A DNA stretch of 64,000 nucleotides from a virus, in IMG/VR virus record IMGVR_UViG_3300008261_000005; one strand, written 5' to 3'. Made by a program: the position numbers and the translations under genes. This document shows, piece by piece, positions 55,270 through 64,000 of this stretch (position 1 is its first letter; every line of letters starts with the position of its first letter). The notes under the pieces were generated by a model. It saw nothing but the letters and a program-made list of their open reading frames with translations, was not told the origin of the DNA and did no database searches.

Positions 55270-55491
55270 ATGGCAATGAAAGAACAACAACGCAAAATTT
55301 ACCGTAGTGCTAACGGTAAAGAAGTTGATATTGAGAAACTAAGAAACAAAAATGAACTAACTCCAGCAGTTGGTAATGCTCGAGTCAATGCTCGCGGTGA
55401 TGAATTAGGCCCAGGTGGCAAAATTATCCGCAAGCGTGAAGAAGTAATGGCAGAATATTACAAAGGCAATCCAGCGAAAGGCGAAGAATGA
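55270..55491 (+). CDS. Hypothetical protein
   Basis: TAAATA at 55241, AGGAG SD. Confidence 0.75.
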   Translation: MAMKEQQRKIYRSANGKEVDIEKLRNKNELTPAVGNARVNARGDELGPGGKIIRKREEVMAEYYKGNPAKGEE

Positions 55492-55826
55492 ACGTTGTAA
55501 AAGGTAAAATTAGACCAATCCGAGATCATATACTTGCAGTTGATATGGATTTTGGAGAAGTTAAAACAACCAGCGGAATTGTATTACGTAGCGATGACGG
55601 CAAAGACCACGGGATTAAACCACGTTGGTGTCGAGTCTGGGCTATTGGCAACGAACAAAAAGACGTCAAGGTGGGTGAGTGGATTTGTGTTGAACATGGT
55701 CGATGGACTCGAGGACATACTGTGGAGGATCAAGACGGAAAAGAAATAGTTATTCGTCGAATTGATGCAAACGGTATTATGGTATCGGCTGATGAACCAC
55801 CATCGGATGTATATATTCCCAAGTAA
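55488..55826 (+). CDS. groES: GroES-like co-chaperonin
   Basis: IRPIRDHIL...KTTSGIVL...VWAIG...VKVGE. Confidence 0.75.
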   Translation: MNVVKGKIRPIRDHILAVDMDFGEVKTTSGIVLRSDDGKDHGIKPRWCRVWAIGNEQKDVKVGEWICVEHGRWTRGHTVEDQDGKEIVIRRIDANGIMVSADEPPSDVYIPK

Positions 55827-55847
55827 GTAAACGGTTAACCTAACCCA

Positions 55848-55885
55848 ACAGGACTATTGACTAGTCCTGTTCTTACCTGTATAAT
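55848..55885 (+). promoter_or_regulatory. Hairpin overlapping sigma70 promoter
   Basis: ACAGGACTA-TTGAC-TAGTCCTGT; TTGACT-N17-TATAAT. Confidence 0.7.
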
Positions 55886-55902
55886 ATACAAAAGGAGTGA
55901 TT

Positions 55903-56817
55903 ATGAAACAATTATGGGTAGAAAAGTATCGTCCAGCTAGAGTTGACGGTTATGTGTTTAGAGATGAACATCAAAAAGCACAAGTACAACGCTGGATTAA
56001 AGAAGGAACAATCCCTCATTTGTTGTTTAGCGGTAACGCTGGTATTGGTAAGACGACGCTGGCAAAGATTTTGCTTAACGAGTTAGGTGTAAACGATTTA
56101 GACGTTTTAGAAATTAACGCTAGTCGTGAAAACGATGTAGACACTGTGCGTACTAAGATTATCAACTTTGTACAAATGATTCCGTTTGGTGCATTCAAAG
56201 TTGTAATGTTAGATGAGGCAGATTACTTGAGTCCAAACGCACAAGCAGCCTTACGTGGTGTTATGGAAACGTATGCAACAACTAGTCGATTTATTTTAAC
56301 GTGTAACTATCCTAATCGTATTATTCCAGCATTGCACAGTCGTTGTCAAGGTTTCCACGTTGAGAAAGTTGATCAACTTGAAGTGTTTAAGCGGGTTGAA
56401 ACTATTCTTAAAGCAGAAAGTATTGTGTATGATGACGAAACATTGGCAAATTATGTAGCCGCAACATATCCAGATTTGCGTAAGTGCATCAATTCAGTAC
56501 AAATGAACAGTATGGATGGTAAATTGCATCGCCCAGAAAAGAGTGATGCCGGTGAAGCAGACTACAAATTTGAGATGGTTGAATTATTTAAGGCTGGCAA
56601 AATTGCAGATGCACGTAAACTAGTGTGTAGCCAAGCACGTCCAGAAGAGATGGAAGATATTTATCGCTGGTTATACGACAACATTACAATATTTGGTGAT
56701 GACGCAAAGCAAGAAAAAGCAATTCTTATTATTAAACAAGGCTTAGTTGATCACACGTTAGTAAGTGATGTTGAAATTAACTTGGCCGCAACATTAATTA
56801 GGTTAGCTCATCTATGA
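55903..56817 (+). CDS. Clamp loader AAA+ subunit (RFC small/T4 gp44-like)
   Basis: [36 protein letters not shown]. Confidence 0.92.
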   Translation: MKQLWVEKYRPARVDGYVFRDEHQKAQVQRWIKEGTIPHLLFSGNAGIGKTTLAKILLNELGVNDLDVLEINASRENDVDTVRTKIINFVQMIPFGAFKVVMLDEADYLSPNAQAALRGVMETYATTSRFILTCNYPNRIIPALHSRCQGFHVEKVDQLEVFKRVETILKAESIVYDDETLANYVAATYPDLRKCINSVQMNSMDGKLHRPEKSDAGEADYKFEMVELFKAGKIADARKLVCSQARPEEMEDIYRWLYDNITIFGDDAKQEKAILIIKQGLVDHTLVSDVEINLAATLIRLAHL

Positions 56818-57137
56818 CATATTTGGTCACTGAAAACTGTATCAAATGTAAACATACTGATTGTGTAGAAGTATGTCCAGTTGATTGTTTTTACGAAGGT
56901 CCTAATTTTTTAGTAATTAATCCAGACGAATGTATTGACTGCGGTGTATGTGTCCCTGAATGTCCAATTGATGCCATTGTCCCAGATAATGACGTCAATG
57001 TAAATGTTGTATTGTGGACTGATATTAATAAACGTCTAAGTGCTAAGTGGCCAGTTATTACCAAGCGCAAGGCTGCACTGCCAGATGCTGAAGAGTGGAA
57101 CGGCAAACCAAACAAACTTGATTTACTTGAAGAATGA
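56814..57137 (+). CDS. fdxA: 7Fe-type ferredoxin
   Basis: [23 protein letters not shown]...[13 protein letters not shown]. Confidence 0.92.
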   Translation: MTYLVTENCIKCKHTDCVEVCPVDCFYEGPNFLVINPDECIDCGVCVPECPIDAIVPDNDVNVNVVLWTDINKRLSAKWPVITKRKAALPDAEEWNGKPNKLDLLEE

Positions 57138-57604
57138 CAGAAAAGAAATCAAACTTAGCCAAAGGCAGGCATAGTTATGATGCTAAAATTGGCGACAGCG
57201 TAGTTCCATTCTTTAATAGGAATGTAAGCGAGTATCCAACTGAAGCTGGTGGGCCAAAGTTTGATTTAATTCCTGTTACTAAACAAAAAGACATAATGAT
57301 TAATCATGCTAGGATGTATGCCCAGCAAGAATATGATCGTATCATGGAATTAGTAGCAGTATTACAAAAACAAGCAGAAGGTATTAAACGTCGATTAGAT
57401 GTGACTGATGCTGTACACGCTGCCGTTTATCAATTTCAACCTGTGATGGGCAATTATTATTGGCTAGTTTGGGACCAGCGTAAGGAACACATTTTGTTAA
57501 CACAGCACGGTCCAACTGACTGGTCTAGTGGGCCTCCAGAAGATTATGTTTATCAAACACAAGTAAAATACATGGGTGACCATACTTGGTTAGAAATAGA
57601 ATGA
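57134..57604 (+). CDS. Hypothetical protein (DUF2452-like)
   Basis: YPTEAG...[10 protein letters not shown]...FQPVMGNYY; family call from recall. Confidence 0.55.
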   Translation: MTEKKSNLAKGRHSYDAKIGDSVVPFFNRNVSEYPTEAGGPKFDLIPVTKQKDIMINHARMYAQQEYDRIMELVAVLQKQAEGIKRRLDVTDAVHAAVYQFQPVMGNYYWLVWDQRKEHILLTQHGPTDWSSGPPEDYVYQTQVKYMGDHTWLEIE

Positions 57605-58119
57605 AACAAAAATATATAGATTTATACAATGATTTTGCTGAACGTACTGCAAAATTAAGCCATGCACGTAGGTTACAAGTTGGTGCAGTTATTGTCAAAG
57701 ACGATACAGTTATTAGTTATGGATATAACGGAATGCCCAGTGGATGGGATAACAACTGCGAAGATAAAGAATTTATGAGTGGTGTTGAGCATGGACTTAG
57801 TCCTGAAGAAATTGAATCGCAATGGCCTTTTGAAGAATGGGTATCTGCACACGGTCGAAAAATGAGATTCAAATTAAAAACAAAACCGGAGGTACTTCAT
57901 GCCGAATCAAATGCGATTGCAAAACTGGCTAAGTCTAACAACAGTGGTATGGGTGCTACTATGTTTATTACCCATGCTCCATGTTTGGACTGTGCCAAAC
58001 TTATATTCCAAAGTGGTATTGGCAGTGTTCTATATAGGGACGCTTATCGGGATACTGGTGGTGTTGCGTTTCTCGAAAAGTCCGGCGTAGAAGTAGTGCA
58101 AATAAAAAAGGGGCCTTAA
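57601..58119 (+). CDS. dCMP deaminase family protein
   Basis: GYNG, HAESNAI, APCLDCAK. Confidence 0.9.
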   Translation: MKQKYIDLYNDFAERTAKLSHARRLQVGAVIVKDDTVISYGYNGMPSGWDNNCEDKEFMSGVEHGLSPEEIESQWPFEEWVSAHGRKMRFKLKTKPEVLHAESNAIAKLAKSNNSGMGATMFITHAPCLDCAKLIFQSGIGSVLYRDAYRDTGGVAFLEKSGVEVVQIKKGP

Positions 58120-58129
58120 GCCCCTTTTT
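58105..58129. terminator. Bidirectional terminator
   Basis: AAAAAGGGGC-CTTAA-GCCCCTTTTT between convergent genes. Confidence 0.85.
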
Positions 58130-58135
58130 AACTTA

Positions 58136-58855
58136 TTAGTTGTCCCCGTACAGCGATAACACCTCCTTTACTGCATCGTGGCGTTCAATATCTTTATGGT
58201 CAAACTGCACTATATCGATATGTTTCATTTGTTTATTTTTGAGTAGGTTGCAAAAATTAATCAAGCCATTGTCGTTCACACGATCAGCTTGTGCTAAGTC
58301 ACCAGTTACTACCATTTTAGAATTTTCTCCTAAACGTGTTAGTAACATTTTCATTTGATTGACTGTGGCATTTTGCATTTCATCAGCAATAATGTATGCG
58401 TTCTTAAAGGTTCTTCCGCGCATATACGCGAGTGGGCTGATTTCAATAACTCCTTCCTCCAACATCTTAGCGATGTCTTGTGCTTTGTAATACTCTCCTA
58501 AGACGTCAAATATAGGACGAGTCCATGGTGCCATTTTTTCATTCAATGTACCTGGCAAAAATCCTAAATCCTCATCTACAGAAACGGCGGGTCTGGTAAC
58601 TATGATTTTATCAACTAACCCTTCCTGATATAACTTAACACCATGCATTACCGCTAGCATGGTTTTACCCGTACCGGCTGGACCGATAGCAAATACAATG
58701 CTAGTCGATTCTTCTTGTAATTTTTGTAAGTAAGTTTTTTGGTTAGAATTACGTGCTGTCATTACTACACGTTGCTTCTTTTGGGGAAGGTATGACTCGA
58801 AATCAATTACTTTAACATCAGATGTAAAACGTTTTTTCACGCGGTTTTTACTCAT
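58136..58855 (-). CDS. phoH: PhoH family ATPase
   Basis: GPAGTGKT, RGRTF, DEMQN, GDLAQAD. Confidence 0.93.
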   Translation of the reverse strand: MSKNRVKKRFTSDVKVIDFESYLPQKKQRVVMTARNSNQKTYLQKLQEESTSIVFAIGPAGTGKTMLAVMHGVKLYQEGLVDKIIVTRPAVSVDEDLGFLPGTLNEKMAPWTRPIFDVLGEYYKAQDIAKMLEEGVIEISPLAYMRGRTFKNAYIIADEMQNATVNQMKMLLTRLGENSKMVVTGDLAQADRVNDNGLINFCNLLKNKQMKHIDIVQFDHKDIERHDAVKEVLSLYGDN

Positions 58856-59019
58856 CTAGTTATTCTCCTACTCTTTAATGTAAAAGTAGAACTTGTAGCG
58901 ACCGCCTCGATAACTACAGAGGTCCTACACAATTACTTATACGTTTGGTGAAATAATAAACACATACTACATAGAACTTTCCTAGCTAAATACTTGAGTA
59001 CAATATAGGACTCAAATCC

Positions 59020-59559
59020 ATGCGCGATATTTTAGAAGTAATTAAAAACGTAGAAAGCATCTATAACAACAATTCCAGCTTGGCTATTCTAAAGGACTTT
59101 GAAAGAGTTCTAGACGAAATGGATATGTACGTATATAAAAACTGGCAAGACGGAGAATTAGCTAGCGGACCAAAAGTAGATAGACATTGGGTTACCGCAG
59201 AATTCATGTGGGACTATAACAAAATGCCAGACCCAATCGCTGCTAAAAGATTAACAGAATTAGGCTGCAAGGTTACGTTTCAAAAAACACAAAAGGTAGA
59301 GCCGCGCAAGATTAGAACACCTGATGATTTACGTCCTGGAACAAAGAAGGGCAAGTTAGATTCCAAACCTATCTGGGTTGTAGAAATTGCAATGCCTAAA
59401 AAATTAGTGTTTGATATTTTTAACGGGTATATGGATCGTATTAGAGAAGAGCGTTCTAGCAAGAACCCAACAGCTGGAAATCAAGGACCAGCTGCACCAG
59501 CAGCAGCACCAGCAGCACCGCCAACCGCGGCAGCACCAGCGGCAGGAGCACCAGCATAA
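59020..59559 (+). CDS. Hypothetical protein, Ala/Pro-rich tail
   Basis: TAAATA at 58987. Confidence 0.8.
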   Translation: MRDILEVIKNVESIYNNNSSLAILKDFERVLDEMDMYVYKNWQDGELASGPKVDRHWVTAEFMWDYNKMPDPIAAKRLTELGCKVTFQKTQKVEPRKIRTPDDLRPGTKKGKLDSKPIWVVEIAMPKKLVFDIFNGYMDRIREERSSKNPTAGNQGPAAPAAAPAAPPTAAAPAAGAPA

Positions 59560-60290
59560 TGCAAATTAATGAAGATTTAGTCGCAGGTGATTTGGTAAAT
59601 TTAATCAGTCACGTTTTTGAAATTGACAGCTATAAAAGTAAAATTGGCGAAGACGGAGATTTGGTTGTACTAAGTTTTACTGCTGATAGTAAAGCCCCAG
59701 CAGATGACCTTGCAAGATTTTTTGAAATGGGTTACGACTTTGTTGTTGACGCTGATGCAACTAACGGACCAGTGGACAACGGAAAATTTAAAGTGTTTGT
59801 TGAGATTGAAAGAACTAAACACGTGTCAAAACAAATTATAGAACTATTAGACGGCGCTAGCAGATTAACTGGCAGCAATAATTGGAAGTTTAGATACTAC
59901 AAGAGTTTTAAAAGTATTCCGGCTGATTTAGAAACTTTGGAAGCAGCAATTCCCAAAGACATAGACAGCTATGATGAAAGAGTTGCAAATAACGAAATGA
60001 ATAATTTTTCTAATTTCTTTAGAAGAGGATTTGCCGAAAACGTCAGTGTACTAGAGGACGACATTAGGTTTGAAAGAGTATTTGCTGAATCTGTTAATAT
60101 GCGTATTAAAGATTTTGATCGTAAAGATGCATTGTACAGCAGAATTCCGGGTGCTATCAAACTAGGATCCAAAGACATGAGTGAGATAATGTTTTTAACA
60201 AAAACTCTTGGCAACTACAACATTACAAAAATTAACAACACATTTATATTTGAAAATAATGGATACGCAGTTGCGTTGGAGATGATCTAA
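59559..60290 (+). CDS. Hypothetical protein
   Basis: Coupled ORF. Confidence 0.8.
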   Translation: MQINEDLVAGDLVNLISHVFEIDSYKSKIGEDGDLVVLSFTADSKAPADDLARFFEMGYDFVVDADATNGPVDNGKFKVFVEIERTKHVSKQIIELLDGASRLTGSNNWKFRYYKSFKSIPADLETLEAAIPKDIDSYDERVANNEMNNFSNFFRRGFAENVSVLEDDIRFERVFAESVNMRIKDFDRKDALYSRIPGAIKLGSKDMSEIMFLTKTLGNYNITKINNTFIFENNGYAVALEMI

Positions 60291-60910
60291 TGGCTCAATT
60301 GGGATGGATGATAAGTTTAATACCAGATGGCATTTTCATTTGGCTCACCTACATTATTATCGCATTGGGTATTGGGCTATATGTAGCCAGTAAGTTGGTT
60401 ACTTGGATTCCTATGATGGGGCAATATAAATTGCCAGCAGAATTGGTAGGAGTTGTTTTATTATCAGCTGGCATGTATTTGTTTGGAAGTTATGGCACTG
60501 AAATGATATGGCGGGCTAGAGTTGAAGAACTTGAAGCAAAAGTAAAAATAGCAGAAGAAAAGAGTCAGCAAGTAAATGTTGTAATTCAAGAAAAAGTAGT
60601 TACTAAAATTAAAGTAGTCAAGGAAAATGTATATGTTAACAGAGAAATTATCAAAGAAGTTGCGGGCAAGCAATTGGATGCTCAGTGTGCTTTGCCTAAG
60701 TCTACTGTCAGCTTGCACGACAGCGCCAGTCGTAATGAAGTGGCCGGACGTGCCGCCGCAACTGATGGAACCCCCAGCGAAGTTAAAGCCAGTCAGCTCC
60801 TCGACAGAGTCGTTGAAAACTACGGAAGCTGTCACGAAAACGCAGCCAAACTAGAAGCATGGCAAGAGTGGTACAAGGAACAAAAGAAAATCTTTGAAAG
60901 CGTTAAATAA
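60290..60910 (+). CDS. i-spanin (Rz)-like membrane protein
   Basis: N-terminal TM segments then long coiled coil; embeds a lipoprotein ORF. Confidence 0.6.
   Translation: MAQLGWMISLIPDGIFIWLTYIIIALGIGLYVASKLVTWIPMMGQYKLPAELVGVVLLSAGMYLFGSYGTEMIWRARVEELEAKVKIAEEKSQQVNVVIQEKVVTKIKVVKENVYVNREIIKEVAGKQLDAQCALPKSTVSLHDSASRNEVAGRAAATDGTPSEVKASQLLDRVVENYGSCHENAAKLEAWQEWYKEQKKIFESVK
60627..60854 (+). CDS. Embedded o-spanin (Rz1)-like lipoprotein
   Basis: +1 frame; lipobox LLSA-C then Pro-rich WPDVPPQLMEPP. Confidence 0.6.
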   Translation: MYMLTEKLSKKLRASNWMLSVLCLSLLSACTTAPVVMKWPDVPPQLMEPPAKLKPVSSSTESLKTTEAVTKTQPN

Positions 60911-60936
60911 TATCATAAACACTGAGGAGCGTTATT

Positions 60937-61053
60937 ATGTTAGATATTTTATTATGGGTAGCAGTAGGAGCATTTGTAGGTTGGAATTTTCCACAGCCTT
61001 TCTGGGCTAAGGCAATTCAGGAAAAAATTCAAACAATGATTGCTAAAAAGTAA
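60937..61053 (+). CDS. Small single-TM protein, 38 aa (not in track)
   Basis: MLDILLWVAVGAFVGWNFPQP...; GAGGAG SD; TAAATA at 60904. Confidence 0.65.
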   Translation: MLDILLWVAVGAFVGWNFPQPFWAKAIQEKIQTMIAKK

Positions 61054-61075
61054 TAGACAAATAGGAGCGAACTAA

Positions 61076-61606
61076 ATGTCAGAAGAAATTAAAAGCGAAA
61101 GCGAAAAGAAAAAAGAAGATTGGATGAATTCAAAATGGCGTCCAATGATGGGTTGGATGTACATGTTGGTCTGCACCATGGACATGGTTGTATTTCCAGT
61201 GTTATGGAGTTTGTTACAGTCATTAAATGGTGGATCAGTTACAAGCCAATGGAATCCACTAACACTACAAGGTGCTGGCTTGTTCCATATTGCTATGGGT
61301 GCTGTGTTGGGTATTGCAGCATTTGGTCGTACACAAGAAAAAATGGCAGGAGCAAACAATGGCGGAATACAAACACCAGGAGCAGGTTTTGCAAACGGAT
61401 CTTCAACACCTAGCCAACCACAATCAGGATTTGGTGCAGCACCAGGAGGATTTGGTTCTCCGGCAGCAAGCCCAACACCAAGTAGCTTTGGTGGTAATAC
61501 AGGATTTGGAGCGGCAACGTCTCCAACACCAGTAACCCCAATGGCTGTTAAAAAACCAGCATCCAGCAAACCAATGGATGACGGGGATATGCCTCTAAGG
61601 GATTGA
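61076..61606 (+). CDS. Holin-like protein (3TM gene-transfer-agent holin type)
   Basis: KWRPMMGW...AMGAVLGIAAFGRTQEK, low-complexity tail. Confidence 0.65.
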   Translation: MSEEIKSESEKKKEDWMNSKWRPMMGWMYMLVCTMDMVVFPVLWSLLQSLNGGSVTSQWNPLTLQGAGLFHIAMGAVLGIAAFGRTQEKMAGANNGGIQTPGAGFANGSSTPSQPQSGFGAAPGGFGSPAASPTPSSFGGNTGFGAATSPTPVTPMAVKKPASSKPMDDGDMPLRD

Positions 61607-61614
61607 TAATCAGA

Positions 61615-61646
61615 ATGTTGACTAGTAGGTCAACATGTTGTATAAT
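61615..61646 (+). promoter_or_regulatory. sigma70 promoter with palindrome
   Basis: ATGTTGAC-N6-GTCAACAT; TTGACT-N17-TATAAT. Confidence 0.7.
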
Positions 61647-61649
61647 TAT

Positions 61650-62489
61650 ATGATGACCTACTACGAAACTCTCGGATTACAATCTAATTGCAGCCAGGCA
61701 GATATCAAAAAAGCATATCGTGCCTTGGCTATGAAGCATCACCCAGATCGCGGTGGTGACGAAAAGAAATTCAAAGAAATTGAAGAAGCGTATCGCACGT
61801 TAAGCGATGAACAAAAACGAGCTGAGTACGATGCTGGCGGTTCACAACAAGAATGGAATCCCTTTGGCAGTGCTGGCGGCTTCCACGACATTAATGAAAT
61901 GTTTGGATTTAGGTTCGGTCCAGGATTTGCCGGTTTTCACCAACAATCTAGACGCAACAGAGATTTGGGCATTCGTCTCAACATATCATTAAAAGACAGC
62001 TTCTTGGGTAAAGAACTAGAAGCACTATATCAAATGATGACTGGTAAACAACAAAGTGTTGTAATTAATATCCCACCTGGCATTGAAACTGGACAAACTA
62101 TACGCTATAATGGATTAGGCGACGATAGTATTCCAGGCGCCCCAAGAGGCAACTTGAACGTTACTATATTTGTAGATCCTGATTTACAATATTTTAGACG
62201 TGGAGATGACATTTGTACGCAAATTGAATTATCCACATTTGACGCTATGCTAGGCGTTGAAAAAATGATCCGTACAATTGATGATAAAACTTTACAGGTC
62301 AAGATTCGTCCAGGTGTTCAACACGGTGACGAATATTCGTGTTCTGGAATGGGGTTTCAAAACTCAAGGCATAGACAAACTGGTAATTTTATCATTATTG
62401 TTAATGTCAAAGTTCCATCAATTACTGATAGTACAATAAGAGCCAAACTAGAAGCCATTCAAAAAGAAATTAATAATTTACCTCAATAA
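61650..62489 (+). CDS. DnaJ-class chaperone (J domain + C-terminal domain, no Zn finger; CbpA-like)
   Basis: YYETLGL...KAYRALAMKHHPDRGGD; start 61650 or 61653, leaderless. Confidence 0.9.
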   Translation: MMTYYETLGLQSNCSQADIKKAYRALAMKHHPDRGGDEKKFKEIEEAYRTLSDEQKRAEYDAGGSQQEWNPFGSAGGFHDINEMFGFRFGPGFAGFHQQSRRNRDLGIRLNISLKDSFLGKELEALYQMMTGKQQSVVINIPPGIETGQTIRYNGLGDDSIPGAPRGNLNVTIFVDPDLQYFRRGDDICTQIELSTFDAMLGVEKMIRTIDDKTLQVKIRPGVQHGDEYSCSGMGFQNSRHRQTGNFIIIVNVKVPSITDSTIRAKLEAIQKEINNLPQ

Positions 62490-62500
62490 CTTCTAAAAAA

Positions 62501-62532
62501 TAACTTGACAAGTTACAAGTTTCGTATATAAT
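62501..62532 (+). promoter_or_regulatory. sigma70 promoter with palindrome over -35
   Basis: TAACTTG-A-CAAGTTA; TTGACA-N16-TATAAT. Confidence 0.6.
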
Positions 62533-62579
62533 AGAGTTTGAAGGTATTGTTTATCTGATATAATAACAAAGGAACGAGA

Positions 62580-64000
62580 ATGGTAGAACCAAGTGAGAAT
62601 TTAAAGTTAGTTTTTGAAAAGGCCATTGATGTAGCCAAAAAACTACAACACGAGTACTTGACTGTTGAGCATTTGCTTTTTTCCATGCTGTGCGAAGAAA
62701 GTTTCTTTAAATGTGTTCAAGGATACGGTGCTGATCCCGAGTATATCAAAAAAAATCTTGAACATTATCTAAAAACTAAACTCAACGATATTGTGACCAA
62801 TACCGTTGGTAAACCTAAAAAGACACAAGCAGTTGAACGTGTGTTAAATCGTGCGTTTACACAAGTGTTGTTTAATGGTCGTCAACAAATTGAACCATCA
62901 GACGTTTTCCTAGCAATGATGGGTGAAAAACGATCATGGGCATTATATTATATTCAACAAGCAGAAATTGACAAAGATAAATTTGCCGATTACATTAACA
63001 ACGAAGTAGAAAGCGGCGAAGAAGAAGTGCATGATAATCAAAGCGAAAGAGCGTTAAAAGCATTCACAACCAATCTTAACGATTCAGTTAAGAAGAATAA
63101 AATTGACCCTGTAATAGGTCGTATTGAAGAATTAGAAAATATTGCTCTAGCAATGGGACGTAGAAGTAAAAATAACGTAATGCTAGTTGGTGATCCAGGA
63201 GTTGGTAAAACCGCTATTGCTGAAGGCCTTGCTTTTAACATTGTTAATGGTGCAGTTCCAGATTTTCTAAAAGATTACCAAGTGTTTAATTTAGATATCA
63301 GTGCCATGCTTGCTGGATCTAAATATCGTGGAGATTTTGAAGAACGTTTTAAACTTGTTCTCAAAGCATTAGAAAAGAAAGGCAAGACTGTACTGTTTAT
63401 TGACGAAGCACACATGATTAGCGGTGCTGGCAGTTCTGGAAATAGTGCCAATGACCTTGCCAACATGATGAAGCCTGCATTAAGCAAAGGTAACATTAAA
63501 GTTGTAGCGTCAACTACATGGGATGAATATCGCAAGCACTTTGAAAAAGATCGTGCGCTCATGCGTCGTTTCCAACGCATTACAGTTGATGAGCCCACTC
63601 CAGAAGTAGCATTGCAAATTCTAAAAGGTCTTAAGAAGTATTACGAGGGTCATCATAAAGTTAAAATTCTTGATGAAGCTTTACATGTTGCAATTAAGTT
63701 GTCCGTTAAATATCAAGCAGATAAGAAGTTGCCTGATAAAGCAATTGACTTAATTGACTGTGCATGTTCTCGATTTAACTTAAAACTTGCAGATGAACGA
63801 GTTGTTGGTGAACGTGAAATCCAATACGAACTAGCACAAATGGTTCAAATGCCAGCAGAGCAAATTGCCGAAACTGAATCCAGTAATTTGTCTACTTTGG
63901 AAACAGAGTTACAAGCAGAGGTGTATGGGCAAGATACTGCTATTACAGAAGTAGTTGATAAAATTCTTGTTGCCCGTGCAGGACTTAAAGCTGATAATAA
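62580..64000 (+). CDS. clpA: ClpA ATP-dependent chaperone (3' end beyond window; not in track)
   Basis: HEYLTVEHLL, DPVIGR, NNVMLVGDPGVGKTAIAEG, YRGDFEER, LFIDEAH, RRFQ. Confidence 0.92.
   Translation, partial: MVEPSENLKLVFEKAIDVAKKLQHEYLTVEHLLFSMLCEESFFKCVQGYGADPEYIKKNLEHYLKTKLNDIVTNTVGKPKKTQAVERVLNRAFTQVLFNGRQQIEPSDVFLAMMGEKRSWALYYIQQAEIDKDKFADYINNEVESGEEEVHDNQSERALKAFTTNLNDSVKKNKIDPVIGRIEELENIALAMGRRSKNNVMLVGDPGVGKTAIAEGLAFNIVNGAVPDFLKDYQVFNLDISAMLAGSKYRGDFEERFKLVLKALEKKGKTVLFIDEAHMISGAGSSGNSANDLANMMKPALSKGNIKVVASTTWDEYRKHFEKDRALMRRFQRITVDEPTPEVALQILKGLKKYYEGHHKVKILDEALHVAIKLSVKYQADKKLPDKAIDLIDCACSRFNLKLADERVVGEREIQYELAQMVQMPAEQIAETESSNLSTLETELQAEVYGQDTAITEVVDKILVARAGLKADN

Noticed and set aside
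58990-59013. HspR HAIR operator (CTTGAGT...ACTCAAA)
   Set aside because: Spacer is 10 nt rather than 7 and the downstream gene is not a chaperone
6863-63598. Many antisense or alternate-frame ORFs inside long genes (e.g. 6863-7246, 36225-36653, 50064-50603, 61072-61569, 63275-63598)
   Set aside because: Explained by codon bias of the sense gene; no motifs or start signals. Only 60627-60854 and 23166-23405 were kept, for the reasons given

Overview
AT-rich window from a large tailed dsDNA bacteriophage (jumbo/T4-like gene content, standard genetic code). Spanin-like and holin-like genes, FdxA and ClpA point to a Gram-negative, probably proteobacterial, host (inference). 1-6004: a dense array of 32 CCA-encoding tRNA genes, interleaved with small ORFs (DUF3307-like, CDGSH-like, RNA polymerase omega-like) and several non-tRNA structured RNAs. 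6036-7924: a self-contained operon with three copies of a covarying ncRNA motif (AGGATnn-NN-ACAGCAA...nnATCCT-GT) followed by a 468-aa TROVE/Ro60-like (DUF2828-type, vWA) protein. A fourth copy of the motif at 1150-1264 encloses a circularly permuted tRNA-like domain, the topology of YrlA-class Y RNAs. This candidate phage Ro/Y-RNA system is the most interesting signal in the window. 8-24 kb: sigma70-driven early/middle genes (phosphatases, kinase, an aberrant 117-nt tRNA-like RNA, IF-1, two ClpP, DNA ligase, MazG-like protein, BI-1/YccA). 25-30 kb: QueD with a riboswitch-like leader, glycosyltransferase-like protein, UvsE, IscA-like protein. 30.5-54.5 kb: very large virion/tail-fibre genes behind TAAATA late promoters. 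54.7-64 kb: DnaE fragment, GroES, clamp loader, FdxA, dCMP deaminase, PhoH, spanins/holin, DnaJ and a ClpA truncated by the window edge. All family assignments come from recognising motifs by eye; no database search was run.
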